A stretch of 64,000 nt of DNA from Bacteroidota bacterium (lineage in GTDB: Bacteria; Bacteroidota; Bacteroidia; Palsa-965): contig JBKDHA010000169.1 of NCBI GenBank assembly GCA_046335555.1, positions 9,048-73,047 of the forward strand. Reading direction: 5' to 3'. Below, one piece after another: positions 19,129-28,744 of this stretch (positions are counted from its first letter, which is position 1; each line of letters opens with the position of its first letter). A program made the position numbers and the translations under genes. The notes beneath the pieces were generated by a model. That model did no database searches, was not told the origin of the DNA, and saw only the letters and a list, made by a program, of their open reading frames with translations.

Positions 19129-19319
19129 GTTACAAAGGTAAGAAGCTGTCAGGGAATTTTCTTACTTAATGATTTCATGTCTTTTTAGCCCGCTTTTCGT
19201 TACTTTTCTCAACAAGACCTTTCAGGTATTCTTTCAAAAAGTGCCTCAATCGGTCTAAAAATACATTGAAATCAAAGCGCAACAAAATTCCCTGACAGCC
19301 TCTGAGGAAATCAATATCT

Positions 19320-20768
19320 TTGAAAACACCAACCAACCACACCTGCATGAAACGTGTTCTGCTTTTTGGACTTTGTTTGCTCAGCGGCAACTTACTCAAT
19401 GCACAAATAGATCTTGGCGTACCCTCGGCAACCGGAAAGGGCGGGGTTTCTACTGCTCTGCTGCAAAACTGGGAAGTCATTGGTATAAATCCTGCCAATC
19501 TGGGCTGGGGAACCAACTACAAATTCTCGGTTGGTGTGATGAACTTCGGTTTTACCGCACAGTCGCGGGCGCTCGATTTTCCTTCGCTGCGCAAAGCATT
19601 TACAAAGCCTTCGGCGCAGTTTACACCGCAGCAGAAACAGGAATTTGCCAATCTGTTTTCGACATCCGACGGACTCAATATGCAAATGCATGTGAACTGG
19701 ATTGCGGCTTCAATTGCATTTCCAAAGTTCGGCGGACTTGCTGTTAACCTTCGCGACCGCGCTTTTGCGCATGTTGGTCTGAGCAAGAACGGCGCAGATA
19801 TTTTATTCAACGGCGTAAACTCAGCACCTTATCAGGACAGCAGCATTCTCAGTCAAAACATATCATCGGTGCTCGACGGAACCAATGCCAGCCTTTTGCA
19901 TTACCGCGAACTCAATCTGGCTTACGGCCGACGCATCCTGAAAATGGGCACCGAAGATGCCGACGGTGTGCCCGCTGTACAATTGTTTGCCGGTGCCGGA
20001 GTAAAATATATTTGGGGACTCGGCAATATGGATGTAAATGTGAAAGACGGAAAGCTTGATGGTCATGCCTCGTTTGTGGAGAGCTACAATGTGAATTACG
20101 GCAATCTTCAAAACTTCACACCGCAATCGACACCGCTGCTGTTTGATGCAGTTGGTTCCGGCATTGGTGTTGATGCAGGCGCATCGCTGATTCTGAACAA
20201 CCGTTTCCGCTTCGGTGTTTCGGTTACCGACATCGGTTCGATAACCTGGGGCAATAATGTTTTGCTCACAAGCGATACACTGATGCCCGCACTTGATTCA
20301 ACAAGCACCGGGTTGAACTCGTGGCAACTCGGCAGCCAGAGCGGAAATTTGTTCGGACAAAACGGAATTCTCAATGTTGCTCCGGGCCCCGATTATACAA
20401 CAGCTTTGCCTGCGCGCTTGCGTTTTGGTTACAGCATGCGCATTGGTAAACGCATTGATCTTGGCGCCGATTTGGTTGTGCCGCTAAATAAAGAGCTGTA
20501 TAATCTCGGACAGCCTTATCTGGCTGTTGGCGGCGAAATTAATTTGTTCGGAACTGCAAAACTTAGCCTTGGCTTTTCGGGCAACAACGAACTGGGCTGG
20601 TCGGTGCCGGTTGGTTTCACCATTGGCACATTCGGAATTTTTGAAGTGTATGTAGCCACCGGCGATGTGCTTTCGTACTTCACCAAAACCGATAATCCGC
20701 ACCTTTCGGTTGCAGTTGGCGTGCTGCGTTTCAATCTCAAGAATCCATTAGATAACAACAATAAGTAA
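19320..20768 (+). CDS. Hypothetical outer-membrane beta-barrel protein
   Basis: Signal peptide. Alternating amphipathic beta strands, G/S/N-rich. C-terminal F (GVLRFNLKNP...). Confidence 0.55.
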   Translation: MKTPTNHTCMKRVLLFGLCLLSGNLLNAQIDLGVPSATGKGGVSTALLQNWEVIGINPANLGWGTNYKFSVGVMNFGFTAQSRALDFPSLRKAFTKPSAQFTPQQKQEFANLFSTSDGLNMQMHVNWIAASIAFPKFGGLAVNLRDRAFAHVGLSKNGADILFNGVNSAPYQDSSILSQNISSVLDGTNASLLHYRELNLAYGRRILKMGTEDADGVPAVQLFAGAGVKYIWGLGNMDVNVKDGKLDGHASFVESYNVNYGNLQNFTPQSTPLLFDAVGSGIGVDAGASLILNNRFRFGVSVTDIGSITWGNNVLLTSDTLMPALDSTSTGLNSWQLGSQSGNLFGQNGILNVAPGPDYTTALPARLRFGYSMRIGKRIDLGADLVVPLNKELYNLGQPYLAVGGEINLFGTAKLSLGFSGNNELGWSVPVGFTIGTFGIFEVYVATGDVLSYFTKTDNPHLSVAVGVLRFNLKNPLDNNNK

Positions 20769-20792
20769 AAAGCCTCTGCTTACTTTCGCGGC

Positions 20793-21587
20793 ATGAATTA
20801 CAACGGCAAAGTAGTTTGGATTACCGGCGCATCATCTGGCATTGGTGAGGCGCTTGCAGTTGAGTTTGCCCGCGAAGGCGCGAAGCTTGTACTCTCGTCG
20901 CGCCGGCGCGATGAACTGGAGCGTGTGCAGAAAGCCTGCGGACTTGATGCTTCGCGCTGTTTAATTCTTCCGCTCGATCTTGCCGATACAACTGCCGTTG
21001 ATGCGTTAACGCAACAGGTTGTTGCAACTTTCGGCAGTATTGATGTGCTGGTGAACAATGGCGGAATCAGTCAGCGTGCACTTGCCAAAGATGCTCCGCT
21101 CGACATTGACCGTCGCATTATGGAAGTGAATTTTTTCGGACAGATAGCACTTACAAAAAATGTACTTCCGGTAATGCTGAAACAGCAAAGCGGACACATT
21201 GTAGTGATGAGCAGCATTGCCGGTAAATTCGGATTCTGGTACCGCACAGCTTATTCTGCTTCAAAACACGCACTGCACGGCTTCTTCGAATCGCTGCGGA
21301 TGGAAGTAGAAGGCGAAGGTTTGCAAGTGCTTATTGCTTGTCCGGGAAAAATCAGAACAGCCATTTCAATGCATGCACTGAAACCCGACGGCACCGCGCA
21401 CAATGTAATGGACAAGAGCCAGGAAGACGGAATGCCCGCCGATGAATGCGCCCGGCAGATTATTGCTGCTATGAAAAAAGGGAAGGAAGAAATCCTGATT
21501 GGCGGCCGCGAAATTAAAGCGGTTTGGATAAAGCGTCACTTCCCGGGCTTGTTTGGAAAGATTATCCGCAAGCAGGAAAAGGAATAA
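20793..21587 (+). CDS. SDR family oxidoreductase (short-chain dehydrogenase)
   Basis: TGASSGIG Rossmann motif, NNGG, catalytic YSASK. Confidence 0.9.
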   Translation: MNYNGKVVWITGASSGIGEALAVEFAREGAKLVLSSRRRDELERVQKACGLDASRCLILPLDLADTTAVDALTQQVVATFGSIDVLVNNGGISQRALAKDAPLDIDRRIMEVNFFGQIALTKNVLPVMLKQQSGHIVVMSSIAGKFGFWYRTAYSASKHALHGFFESLRMEVEGEGLQVLIACPGKIRTAISMHALKPDGTAHNVMDKSQEDGMPADECARQIIAAMKKGKEEILIGGREIKAVWIKRHFPGLFGKIIRKQEKE

Positions 21588-21594
21588 ATGAATT

Positions 21595-21619
21595 GGTGGT
21601 TTCGACAGGCTCAACCACC
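21595..21619. repeat. Hairpin repeat copy (ggtggtttcgacaggctcaaccacc) immediately after the SDR stop codon; left TIR of a 1.4-kb AT-rich block
   Basis: Same core (TTCGACAGGCTCA) as 7117-7140. 24 of 25 match to the reverse complement of 23036-23060. Confidence 0.85.
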
Positions 21620-21897
21620 ACAGCTTTTAGTCAAAAGCTCAACTGTCAACAGCTGTATTAATTGTTGTGGAAAGCATTTCTGGAAAATTTAGTTCAATTA
21701 AAATTTTTGATCGTCAAACTTTATATAGAATCTGATTTTACAACACCAAAAACGGCAACAGAATTTTTCACAACTTCTTTGACGATGCGTCCAAGAAGTA
21801 AATGTGGGAGATCGTCAAATCGAGATGATAAACTGTTTTGCCAATGCGAAGTATCGATTTTCCCTATCATAACTTATATTTATTGAGGTTAGTTGAA

Positions 21898-22233
21898 TTA
21901 TATCATAAATATGATTCGCAGGATAACAAACCAGTACACGAGTGCCATAGCTGCCAATACCCCCTGAACGGAGAGAATGATTTTATCCTTTGTGCTGAAT
22001 TTGATTTTATGGCGTTGATTCAACATGAGAAAAAATAGAATAATCGCCAGCGGGGAGGAAACGAACCGCATGAATGTAAGCCATTTCATTTCCCATAAAT
22101 AAATTAAGATAACGTTATCGACATAAAAAAAATAGTTTATTCCAGGAAGGAAATACAGAAAGAAATAGATTACAACTGGGGCAATAATGCCCCAAATACT
22201 TACTCGGAAGTAAACATCAATCTTTCGTTTCAT
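21898..22233 (-). CDS. Hypothetical small membrane protein
   Basis: 111 aa, three predicted TM helices, very AT-rich codon usage. Confidence 0.4.
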   Translation of the reverse strand: MKRKIDVYFRVSIWGIIAPVVIYFFLYFLPGINYFFYVDNVILIYLWEMKWLTFMRFVSSPLAIILFFLMLNQRHKIKFSTKDKIILSVQGVLAAMALVYWFVILRIIFMI

Positions 22234-22244
22234 TTCATCTATTA

Positions 22245-22847
22245 TTATTCATCGAAAAGCCCAAAGTATTCGTCATTTCTATTACCTATCGATGTGAATC
22301 TCATCCACTGATCAGAGATTCTTCTATATTGCTCAACGGGATAATACCTCGGAGACATCAAGCTATTGGCAAGTTCTATCATTTGTTGGTCGGTGTATTT
22401 TTGAGATGAAAAAATATATCCATCTGTTTGTTCCGCTCTACCATTTTTTTCATAAGGGAAAATAATCATGACTTTTTTATTTTCTGACAGCAGAATCAAT
22501 CTTGAATTTGTATAGTTGATGTATTTATTTAATCTAGTGTATGCTACATCTGATAGTATATCTTCCGTATTGTAATCCAAGCCATGGTCATATCCTAAGC
22601 CACTACACCATATTGTTTGGGTATCATTAAGAGAAGGGAATGACATATATGCAATCCCTCCCGGAACATCTTTCAATGAATCTAAAGGTGATGTATTAAT
22701 TACTTGCTCATTATCGTGAATACAAGAGGAAAAACAAAAAAGCAATAATACAGCAGTAAAAAAACTGTAATACAAGTTTATATATGGCTTAATTTTGAAA
22801 GCAAAAACTCGCATAAATATAATGTTTAATACTAAGGATAATCGCAT
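22245..22847 (-). CDS. Hypothetical lipoprotein
   Basis: Signal peptide/lipobox (LLLFCFSSC). 200 aa. AT-rich. Confidence 0.45.
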   Translation of the reverse strand: MRLSLVLNIIFMRVFAFKIKPYINLYYSFFTAVLLLFCFSSCIHDNEQVINTSPLDSLKDVPGGIAYMSFPSLNDTQTIWCSGLGYDHGLDYNTEDILSDVAYTRLNKYINYTNSRLILLSENKKVMIIFPYEKNGRAEQTDGYIFSSQKYTDQQMIELANSLMSPRYYPVEQYRRISDQWMRFTSIGNRNDEYFGLFDE

Positions 22848-23035
22848 TGAATAACTTTAGAATCCTACAAAAGAATGATTCAGTATTAGCACTGAACTAT
22901 TTTCGTTATAGGAAACGGCGTTATTCATATTTGCTAATATAGTGTACCGTAACTTTGAATTCAAGTTTCGTAACCAATTTTACATTATTTACAGTTAAAA
23001 GCTTATCGGTTTAGGTAATTGAGCTTGTCGATTTA

Positions 23036-23060
23036 GGTGGTTGAGCCTGTCGAAATCACC
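23036..23060. repeat. Hairpin repeat copy (ggtggttgagcctgtcgaaatcacc) inside an extended 9-bp stem (atttaggtg/cacctaaat) overlapping the GNAT stop; right TIR
   Basis: Read directly from the sequence. A partial tandem duplication (gagcttgtcgatttaggt) lies just upstream. Confidence 0.85.
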
Positions 23061-23623
23061 TAAATTGATTTCATAAAGCGAATTAAATATCCCTCGCGCA
23101 CAAGCCACGTATCAAAAACTGCAAAGCCGCGTTTCTCGTAAAACGGAATGTTTTTATCGACAGAAGTTTCGAGGTAAACCTCTTTCCCTTCTTTTGCCGC
23201 AGTTTGCAATAACGTATCAAGCAATTGACTGCCCGAACCTTTGCCGTGGTGCTGCGGATCTGTTCCGATAAGCATTAAGTAATAATGTGGATACGCAGGG
23301 CGGCGCGATGAAATTGCTTTATCTTTTTTAAGCATATAAAACAGGCGATTCCAGCCGATCACCTTGTACACGAGTTTGAGTTGAGCAAGTGTTTCGGTGA
23401 GGAACGATGTTTTCTGTGTAGGGTCGAAAAATACCGCTACCGAATGCCCGTCGTTACTGAAGTGTAATCCGTTGTTTCGGATTCCTAATTCAATAGAGTA
23501 ATTCATTAATGCTGTAATACGCGCTTCTCGTCTTTCGTCATGTTTGATGGTATCGTTTACACTCAGATTTTTATCGAATGCAGCGGCGAGAATTTGGACG
23601 GCGTTATTTGATCTCAATTCCAT
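23060..23623 (-). CDS. GNAT family N-acetyltransferase
   Basis: Acetyl-CoA-binding motif (HGKGSGSQLL), 187 aa. Confidence 0.8.
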   Translation of the reverse strand: MELRSNNAVQILAAAFDKNLSVNDTIKHDERREARITALMNYSIELGIRNNGLHFSNDGHSVAVFFDPTQKTSFLTETLAQLKLVYKVIGWNRLFYMLKKDKAISSRRPAYPHYYLMLIGTDPQHHGKGSGSQLLDTLLQTAAKEGKEVYLETSVDKNIPFYEKRGFAVFDTWLVREGYLIRFMKSI

Positions 23624-23624
23624 A

Positions 23625-24125
23625 TCAACTATAAACTAGTTCAGCATCAAAATACTTTATTAAGTCTTTTTTAGCTTTTCTTATTTCGTAATAAGTAGTA
23701 ATTGTAATAACTGCAATAAATATAACTGACACAATCCAAGGCATGATATTTAAGAGCAGATCATCCTTAGGTCTATTTGGTGTAAAGAAAAACATCATTA
23801 GAATAATCAAAATGAATGGCAATGCTATTTTAGTCAAAAGATTCGGAGCCATTTTTACTGTAATTGTTGACCGGCTTCCATTTTGAACAATATTGCCAGT
23901 GATTACAGGGAGAAAGCTGTTTCTGTAATTTATAATGCGCTTTATTTTAAAATCCTCCTCATCATACCATCCTTCATAGGTTTGATAGGGTGTTTTAGTG
24001 CCGGAGCTTGTGAAAAAATTATCTCTTTTATATACGTAATGATTAAGCCGGGCTAGAATTTCCTGCGGAGTAAGCGGCGTTGATAACGTAAACGTTTCTG
24101 AAAGCAGTACATTCATGTTTGTCAC
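23625..24125 (-). CDS. Hypothetical membrane protein
   Basis: 166 aa. Two C-terminal TM helices. Abuts the GNAT gene with a 1-bp gap. Confidence 0.45.
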   Translation of the reverse strand: MTNMNVLLSETFTLSTPLTPQEILARLNHYVYKRDNFFTSSGTKTPYQTYEGWYDEEDFKIKRIINYRNSFLPVITGNIVQNGSRSTITVKMAPNLLTKIALPFILIILMMFFFTPNRPKDDLLLNIMPWIVSVIFIAVITITTYYEIRKAKKDLIKYFDAELVYS

Positions 24126-24130
24126 AATTA

Positions 24131-25549
24131 TTATTTAACCAAAATTCTTGCTTCCAGCATATCACGAATGGCATAAGCAACGCCCTCGCGGCCAAGTCCC
24201 GAATCTTTTACACCGCCGTAAGGCATGTGATCGACGCGGAATGTGGGTACATCGTTGAGAATAATTCCACCGGCTTCGATATTGGCGAAAGCATAATCCA
24301 TTTCGCGTACATCGTTGGTAAACACACCGGCTTGTAATCCGAAACGGCTGTTGTTGATCTGACTAACCGCATCTTCAAACGTATCGTAAGGCTCAACAAT
24401 AACTACCGGGCCGAAAACTTCTTCGCACACTACTTTCATGCTAGTGTTTGTATTCGTAAGCACGGTGGGTGCGTAGTATGCGCCTTCGCGTGTGCCGCCG
24501 CAAAGTAACTCAGCTCCGGCTGCAACAGCTTCATTCACCCAGTTTTCAACACGCACAGCATTGGCTTCGTCGATCATGACTGAAACATCAACGCCGTCAA
24601 TCTCAGGATCGCCGCTGCGAAGGTTTTTGGCACGATCAGTAAACGCGGTTACGAAATCGCTGAACATGCTTTTTTGCACAAAAATGCGCTGTGCATGAAT
24701 GCAGATTTGTCCGGAATACGCAAATCCGCCGCCGATACATTTTGCAACAGCTTGTGTGAGATCGGCGGTGGGCGCAACAATAACGCCGGCATTTCCGCCA
24801 AGTTCGAGTACTGTTTTTTTCTTGCCGGCCTGCGCTTTCATGGCCCAGCCCACTTCGGGCGAGCCGGTGAAACTGAGCATTGCAAAACGCTCATCGGTAA
24901 CCAGCTGATTGCCCGCTGCGCGATTCATTGGCAAAATAGAAATCGCGCCTTTGGGCAGTTCGGTTTCGTCAATAATTTTGGCCAATTCAAGTGTAGAAAG
25001 CGGAGTAGAAGATGCCGGCTTCAAAATGATAGGACATCCTGCCGCAATGGCCGGAGCAATTTTATGAACCGCCAGGTTGAGCGGGAAGTTAAACGGTGCA
25101 ATGCCTGCAACAAGGCCAACCGGGAAGTATTTAACCCAGCCTTCGCGCTTCTCACCTGCGGGCGTGCGGTCGAGGCTGATGTACTCGCCGGGCAGGCGTT
25201 TGGCTTCTTCGGCGGCATCGAGAAAGGTTTGTGCCGCACGTAAAATTTCGGCACGCGCATAACGCATCGGCTTCCCTGATTCGCGGCAAAGCAACTGCGC
25301 CAGACGATCCTGCTTTTTGAGAATGGTATCTGAAATCTGGCGCAGGATACTAAACTTCTTCCAGCCCGGAAGCTGCCGCATTTCTTCGCGAACCGCCTGC
25401 GCCGCAACAATGGCTTGCTCCAGCTCTGCCGCACCTGCCAGCGATGTGGTGGCAATAACCTGCGAAGTGTAAGGGTTTACAACTTCAAGCAGCGAAGCCG
25501 TGTCGGCAAATTGCCCGCCAACATAAATGGAATAATGCGGTGCTGCCAT
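24131..25549 (-). CDS. NAD(P)-dependent aldehyde dehydrogenase
   Basis: ALDH glutamate site (LELGGNAG) and catalytic Cys region (GQICIHAQR). 472 aa. Confidence 0.9.
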   Translation of the reverse strand: MAAPHYSIYVGGQFADTASLLEVVNPYTSQVIATTSLAGAAELEQAIVAAQAVREEMRQLPGWKKFSILRQISDTILKKQDRLAQLLCRESGKPMRYARAEILRAAQTFLDAAEEAKRLPGEYISLDRTPAGEKREGWVKYFPVGLVAGIAPFNFPLNLAVHKIAPAIAAGCPIILKPASSTPLSTLELAKIIDETELPKGAISILPMNRAAGNQLVTDERFAMLSFTGSPEVGWAMKAQAGKKKTVLELGGNAGVIVAPTADLTQAVAKCIGGGFAYSGQICIHAQRIFVQKSMFSDFVTAFTDRAKNLRSGDPEIDGVDVSVMIDEANAVRVENWVNEAVAAGAELLCGGTREGAYYAPTVLTNTNTSMKVVCEEVFGPVVIVEPYDTFEDAVSQINNSRFGLQAGVFTNDVREMDYAFANIEAGGIILNDVPTFRVDHMPYGGVKDSGLGREGVAYAIRDMLEARILVK

Positions 25550-25552
25550 GCT

Positions 25553-25768
25553 TTAGTTAGCCTGATAAACGTGCGTTTCGTTGATGGCGGCTTTCACAGC
25601 ATCTTCGCTGAGCTGCGCGCTGTCGATATCAAGCTGCGCGCTGCCGGTTTTATGATCTACTTTTATGTTGGAGGCTCCCGGCAGTTCAGCCAAAATATTT
25701 TTTACAAAGTTTTCGCAGTGCCCGCAAGTCATGCCCGTTATGCTGAGTGAAAGGTGTTTTGTTTCCAT
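25553..25768 (-). CDS. Heavy-metal-associated (HMA) domain protein, CopZ-like metallochaperone
   Basis: GMTCGHCE metal-binding motif, 71 aa. Confidence 0.8.
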   Translation of the reverse strand: METKHLSLSITGMTCGHCENFVKNILAELPGASNIKVDHKTGSAQLDIDSAQLSEDAVKAAINETHVYQAN

Positions 25769-25787
25769 AGTACAAAGTTAAACCTCT

Positions 25788-25887
25788 GTAGCGACTTCCG
25801 GCGGGAAGTCGCTACAAAAGGTCAAACAACAAAGCAAAACACCAAACTCCACAAAAGGTCAAACAACAAAGCAAAACACCAAACTCC
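25788..25887. promoter_or_regulatory. Perfect 28-nt hairpin (gtagcgacttccggcgggaagtcgctac, 25788-25815) followed by a perfect 37-bp tandem duplication (25814-25850 and 25851-25887) in a divergent intergenic region
   Basis: Read directly from the sequence. The hairpin lies about 20 nt upstream of the HMA start codon on the minus strand. The repeats lie just upstream of the EamA gene. Confidence 0.6.
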
Positions 25888-25902
25888 AAAGTAACTGTAT
25901 CT

Positions 25903-26802
25903 TTGCCGCTTCAAACACCAGCCATGCAACAACGCACCGCACTTCAGTGGATCATTTTTGTAGCACTGGCCCTTACCTGGGGCAGTTCGTTTATACTGAT
26001 GAAGCGCGGCATGGATGTGTTTACACCCGATCAGGTAGCGGCACTGCGCATTGGTATTGCATTTTTGTTTTTGCTGCCGCTGGCATTCCGTTTTTTCAAG
26101 CGTATAAATCCGAAACCCTGGGGTGCACTTGCGGGCATGGGAATTACCGGAAATCTGATTCCTGCATTTCTGTTTACGCGTTCTGAAACCATGATCAGCA
26201 GCACGCTTGCCGGTATGCTGAATTCACTGACTCCGCTTTTTACTTTGCTTGTAGGAATCACGCTTTTTAAACGCAAAACCAACCGCTGGCAGGTTGCGGG
26301 AACCTTGATCGGATTGGCCGGTGCAATTGCGTTAATTGCAACAGGCAAACAAGACGAGCATCCCGGAAATGTATGGATAGGAAGCTTGCTTGTAATTATT
26401 GCAACGTTTTTTTACGGCATCAGCGTAAACATTATTAAAGCAAAACTCGACGGAATAAATGCAGTAGGTGCAACGGTTCTTGCACTGTGTATTATTGGCC
26501 CGGTTGCGCTCGGCTATTTGTTTACAACCGATTTTTTGCATCGTCTCGCAACGCATCCGCTGGCTTGGCAGTCGCTGGGCTTTGTGAGCATACTTGCGGT
26601 GTTTGGCACAGCGCTGAGTGTTATTGTTTACAATATGCTGATCCGCGATGCAGGCCCGCTGTTTGCTTCTTCAGTAGCATATCTGATTCCGGCAGTGGCT
26701 ATTCTCTGGGGCGTTGCCGATAATGAGGCTTTCGGACTAATTCAGCTTTTGCTGATTGGTATTATTCTTACCGGAGTGTGGATGGTGAACCGGAAGAAGT
26801 AG
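25903..26802 (+). CDS. EamA/DMT family transporter
   Basis: Ten TM helices. Duplicated EamA domains. Confidence 0.85.
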   Translation: MPLQTPAMQQRTALQWIIFVALALTWGSSFILMKRGMDVFTPDQVAALRIGIAFLFLLPLAFRFFKRINPKPWGALAGMGITGNLIPAFLFTRSETMISSTLAGMLNSLTPLFTLLVGITLFKRKTNRWQVAGTLIGLAGAIALIATGKQDEHPGNVWIGSLLVIIATFFYGISVNIIKAKLDGINAVGATVLALCIIGPVALGYLFTTDFLHRLATHPLAWQSLGFVSILAVFGTALSVIVYNMLIRDAGPLFASSVAYLIPAVAILWGVADNEAFGLIQLLLIGIILTGVWMVNRKK

Positions 26803-26829
26803 AGCTTGATAATTTGTTATTTTTGAGTA

Positions 26830-27549
26830 ATGAAAAATCAAGACAAATGGAAACCACGTCGTTTTCTGCGAGACAAGAAAGGGCGAATTATCGGAACCTA
26901 CAATCATAAAATTATCGGAAATGCGTATGAACCGGTAATCAGAAAGTATTCGAAAGGTAAGCTGGGCGATGTTGGGTGTGGTGATGTTCCATATTATCTC
27001 TTTTATAAAGATAGTGTTAGTGAAACCATTTGTATTGATTGGGGAAATAGCGGCCATAATATCTCTCATCTGGATTATGAAGCTGATTTGAATGAAGGCT
27101 TAGGTTTTATTGATACGAATACATTTGATACAGTGATTTGCTCGGATGTATTAGAACATATCCGAAAACCAGAATTTTTGTTTGCTGAGATGATCCGTGT
27201 ACTTAAACCGGGCGGACACCTGATTTTAACTGTTCCGTTTTTGTATTGGCTGCATGAGATTCCGCATGACCATCATCGCTACACTGAATTTAAATTGCGT
27301 GATTTTTGCTCGTCGAACAATGCGGAAGTAACCGAATTGTTTGCATACGGAGGATGGCCGGAAGTTGTTTTTGATATGATTTCAAAAGGTTACCGGTACA
27401 GTAACTTCCCGATGCAAAAAATGTTTTTCTTCTTCTGGAATGGCATGGGTAAATTTCTTTCACGCCGCAGCTTTGTTAAGCGTATTTCTGCCAATACCCG
27501 TAAAACATTTCCGCTGGGCTATGTTTTGGTTGCCCGAAAACTGAGTTAA
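26830..27549 (+). CDS. Class I SAM-dependent methyltransferase
   Basis: Motif I (VGCGDVPY) and motif post-I/II (VLKPGGHLILTVP). Confidence 0.75.
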   Translation: MKNQDKWKPRRFLRDKKGRIIGTYNHKIIGNAYEPVIRKYSKGKLGDVGCGDVPYYLFYKDSVSETICIDWGNSGHNISHLDYEADLNEGLGFIDTNTFDTVICSDVLEHIRKPEFLFAEMIRVLKPGGHLILTVPFLYWLHEIPHDHHRYTEFKLRDFCSSNNAEVTELFAYGGWPEVVFDMISKGYRYSNFPMQKMFFFFWNGMGKFLSRRSFVKRISANTRKTFPLGYVLVARKLS

Positions 27550-27659
27550 TTTTTATCGCGGGTAAAATAATCTATTAAAACACCGGAGAATTACAGCAGT
27601 AAATCATGATGATCGCCTGCAGTATATAAATGGACTGAAAATATCAGTTGAAGAAGCGA

Positions 27660-28721
27660 TTATTGTTTTGCGGTGTTTGCAACTGATAAAACAATAGCTC
27701 CAACAAGACAATAAATGGGTAGCAAGAGGCTGCGCATTGGTGCTAAATCGGAAAGTAAAAAGCAACTTACAAAAATATTGAGAGTGCCGATTGTAAGTAA
27801 GCTTACGATCAGCATTCGTTTTGCATTACCCTTCAGTACAATGCGATGATTTTTATTCATTCGGCCAATAGTGAAGATGACAGGCAGTAAAATAAGAACT
27901 TTAAAATGGGTTGCTTTCAGTAAATCCCAGTAGGTATGAATGGTGTTTTTTATGGCCTGAAGATATGTAAAATCAGGAAGTTGATTCAACCGTACTTTTA
28001 TTCCCGGCGATAAAACATTGATGAGAAGTGCTGTGCTTAAACCTAATAATGCCGCCGTAAGTATAAACGAGAAAGATTTTTCAATAAAGAATGAGCGCAA
28101 CCATATCACTGTAACAATTGCAAGCATTGTAATTAAGTTGGACTCCGAAAAACTTCCCGCAATCAGCAGAAGGAAGAAACCGAACAGACTATGCTTTAGT
28201 TGATGCGAGTACTGATGCTTCAACAACCAGGCTGCCGATAAAATCATCAGAATAAAAGAAAATGTATGCACGGATGTTCCTGCTGTCCAGTGCCACATAT
28301 CTGTGTTGACCGGCAGAATGCTTAAATAGCAGATGGCAATAAATAAAAATGAAAAAAGTAATTGTTCATGTTTCGCAAAACTCCTTTCTGCAATCCTTTG
28401 TGAAAGTGTGCGGAAGAAGAAGTTGAGCGAAAACAGCATGAAAAGTAAAAGGACGAATTGCCAGAGGATAAATATTCCTGACCATTTACTGCCAATGTAA
28501 AACAGCACACAACAGAGGATATGTGCACCCAGCCTGCCGTTTTGTTCGTTGTAGAAAAACTCGATTGCTCCTGATAAACCTTTGCTGATGGTTACTTCTG
28601 TGAAGAAAATATCATCGGCAGAAAAACGATAATGAATGGACTGTAAGGAGAACGCAATTAGAAAGAGAACAATGAATAATGCACTGAGCAGGTACGTCCA
28701 GCCATTGAAAATATTTTTCAC
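27660..28721 (-). CDS. Hypothetical polytopic membrane protein
   Basis: About 10 TM helices, no soluble domain. Confidence 0.5.
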   Translation of the reverse strand: MKNIFNGWTYLLSALFIVLFLIAFSLQSIHYRFSADDIFFTEVTISKGLSGAIEFFYNEQNGRLGAHILCCVLFYIGSKWSGIFILWQFVLLLFMLFSLNFFFRTLSQRIAERSFAKHEQLLFSFLFIAICYLSILPVNTDMWHWTAGTSVHTFSFILMILSAAWLLKHQYSHQLKHSLFGFFLLLIAGSFSESNLITMLAIVTVIWLRSFFIEKSFSFILTAALLGLSTALLINVLSPGIKVRLNQLPDFTYLQAIKNTIHTYWDLLKATHFKVLILLPVIFTIGRMNKNHRIVLKGNAKRMLIVSLLTIGTLNIFVSCFLLSDLAPMRSLLLPIYCLVGAIVLSVANTAKQ

Positions 28722-28744
28722 GGCATTAAAATACGAAAACCCGA

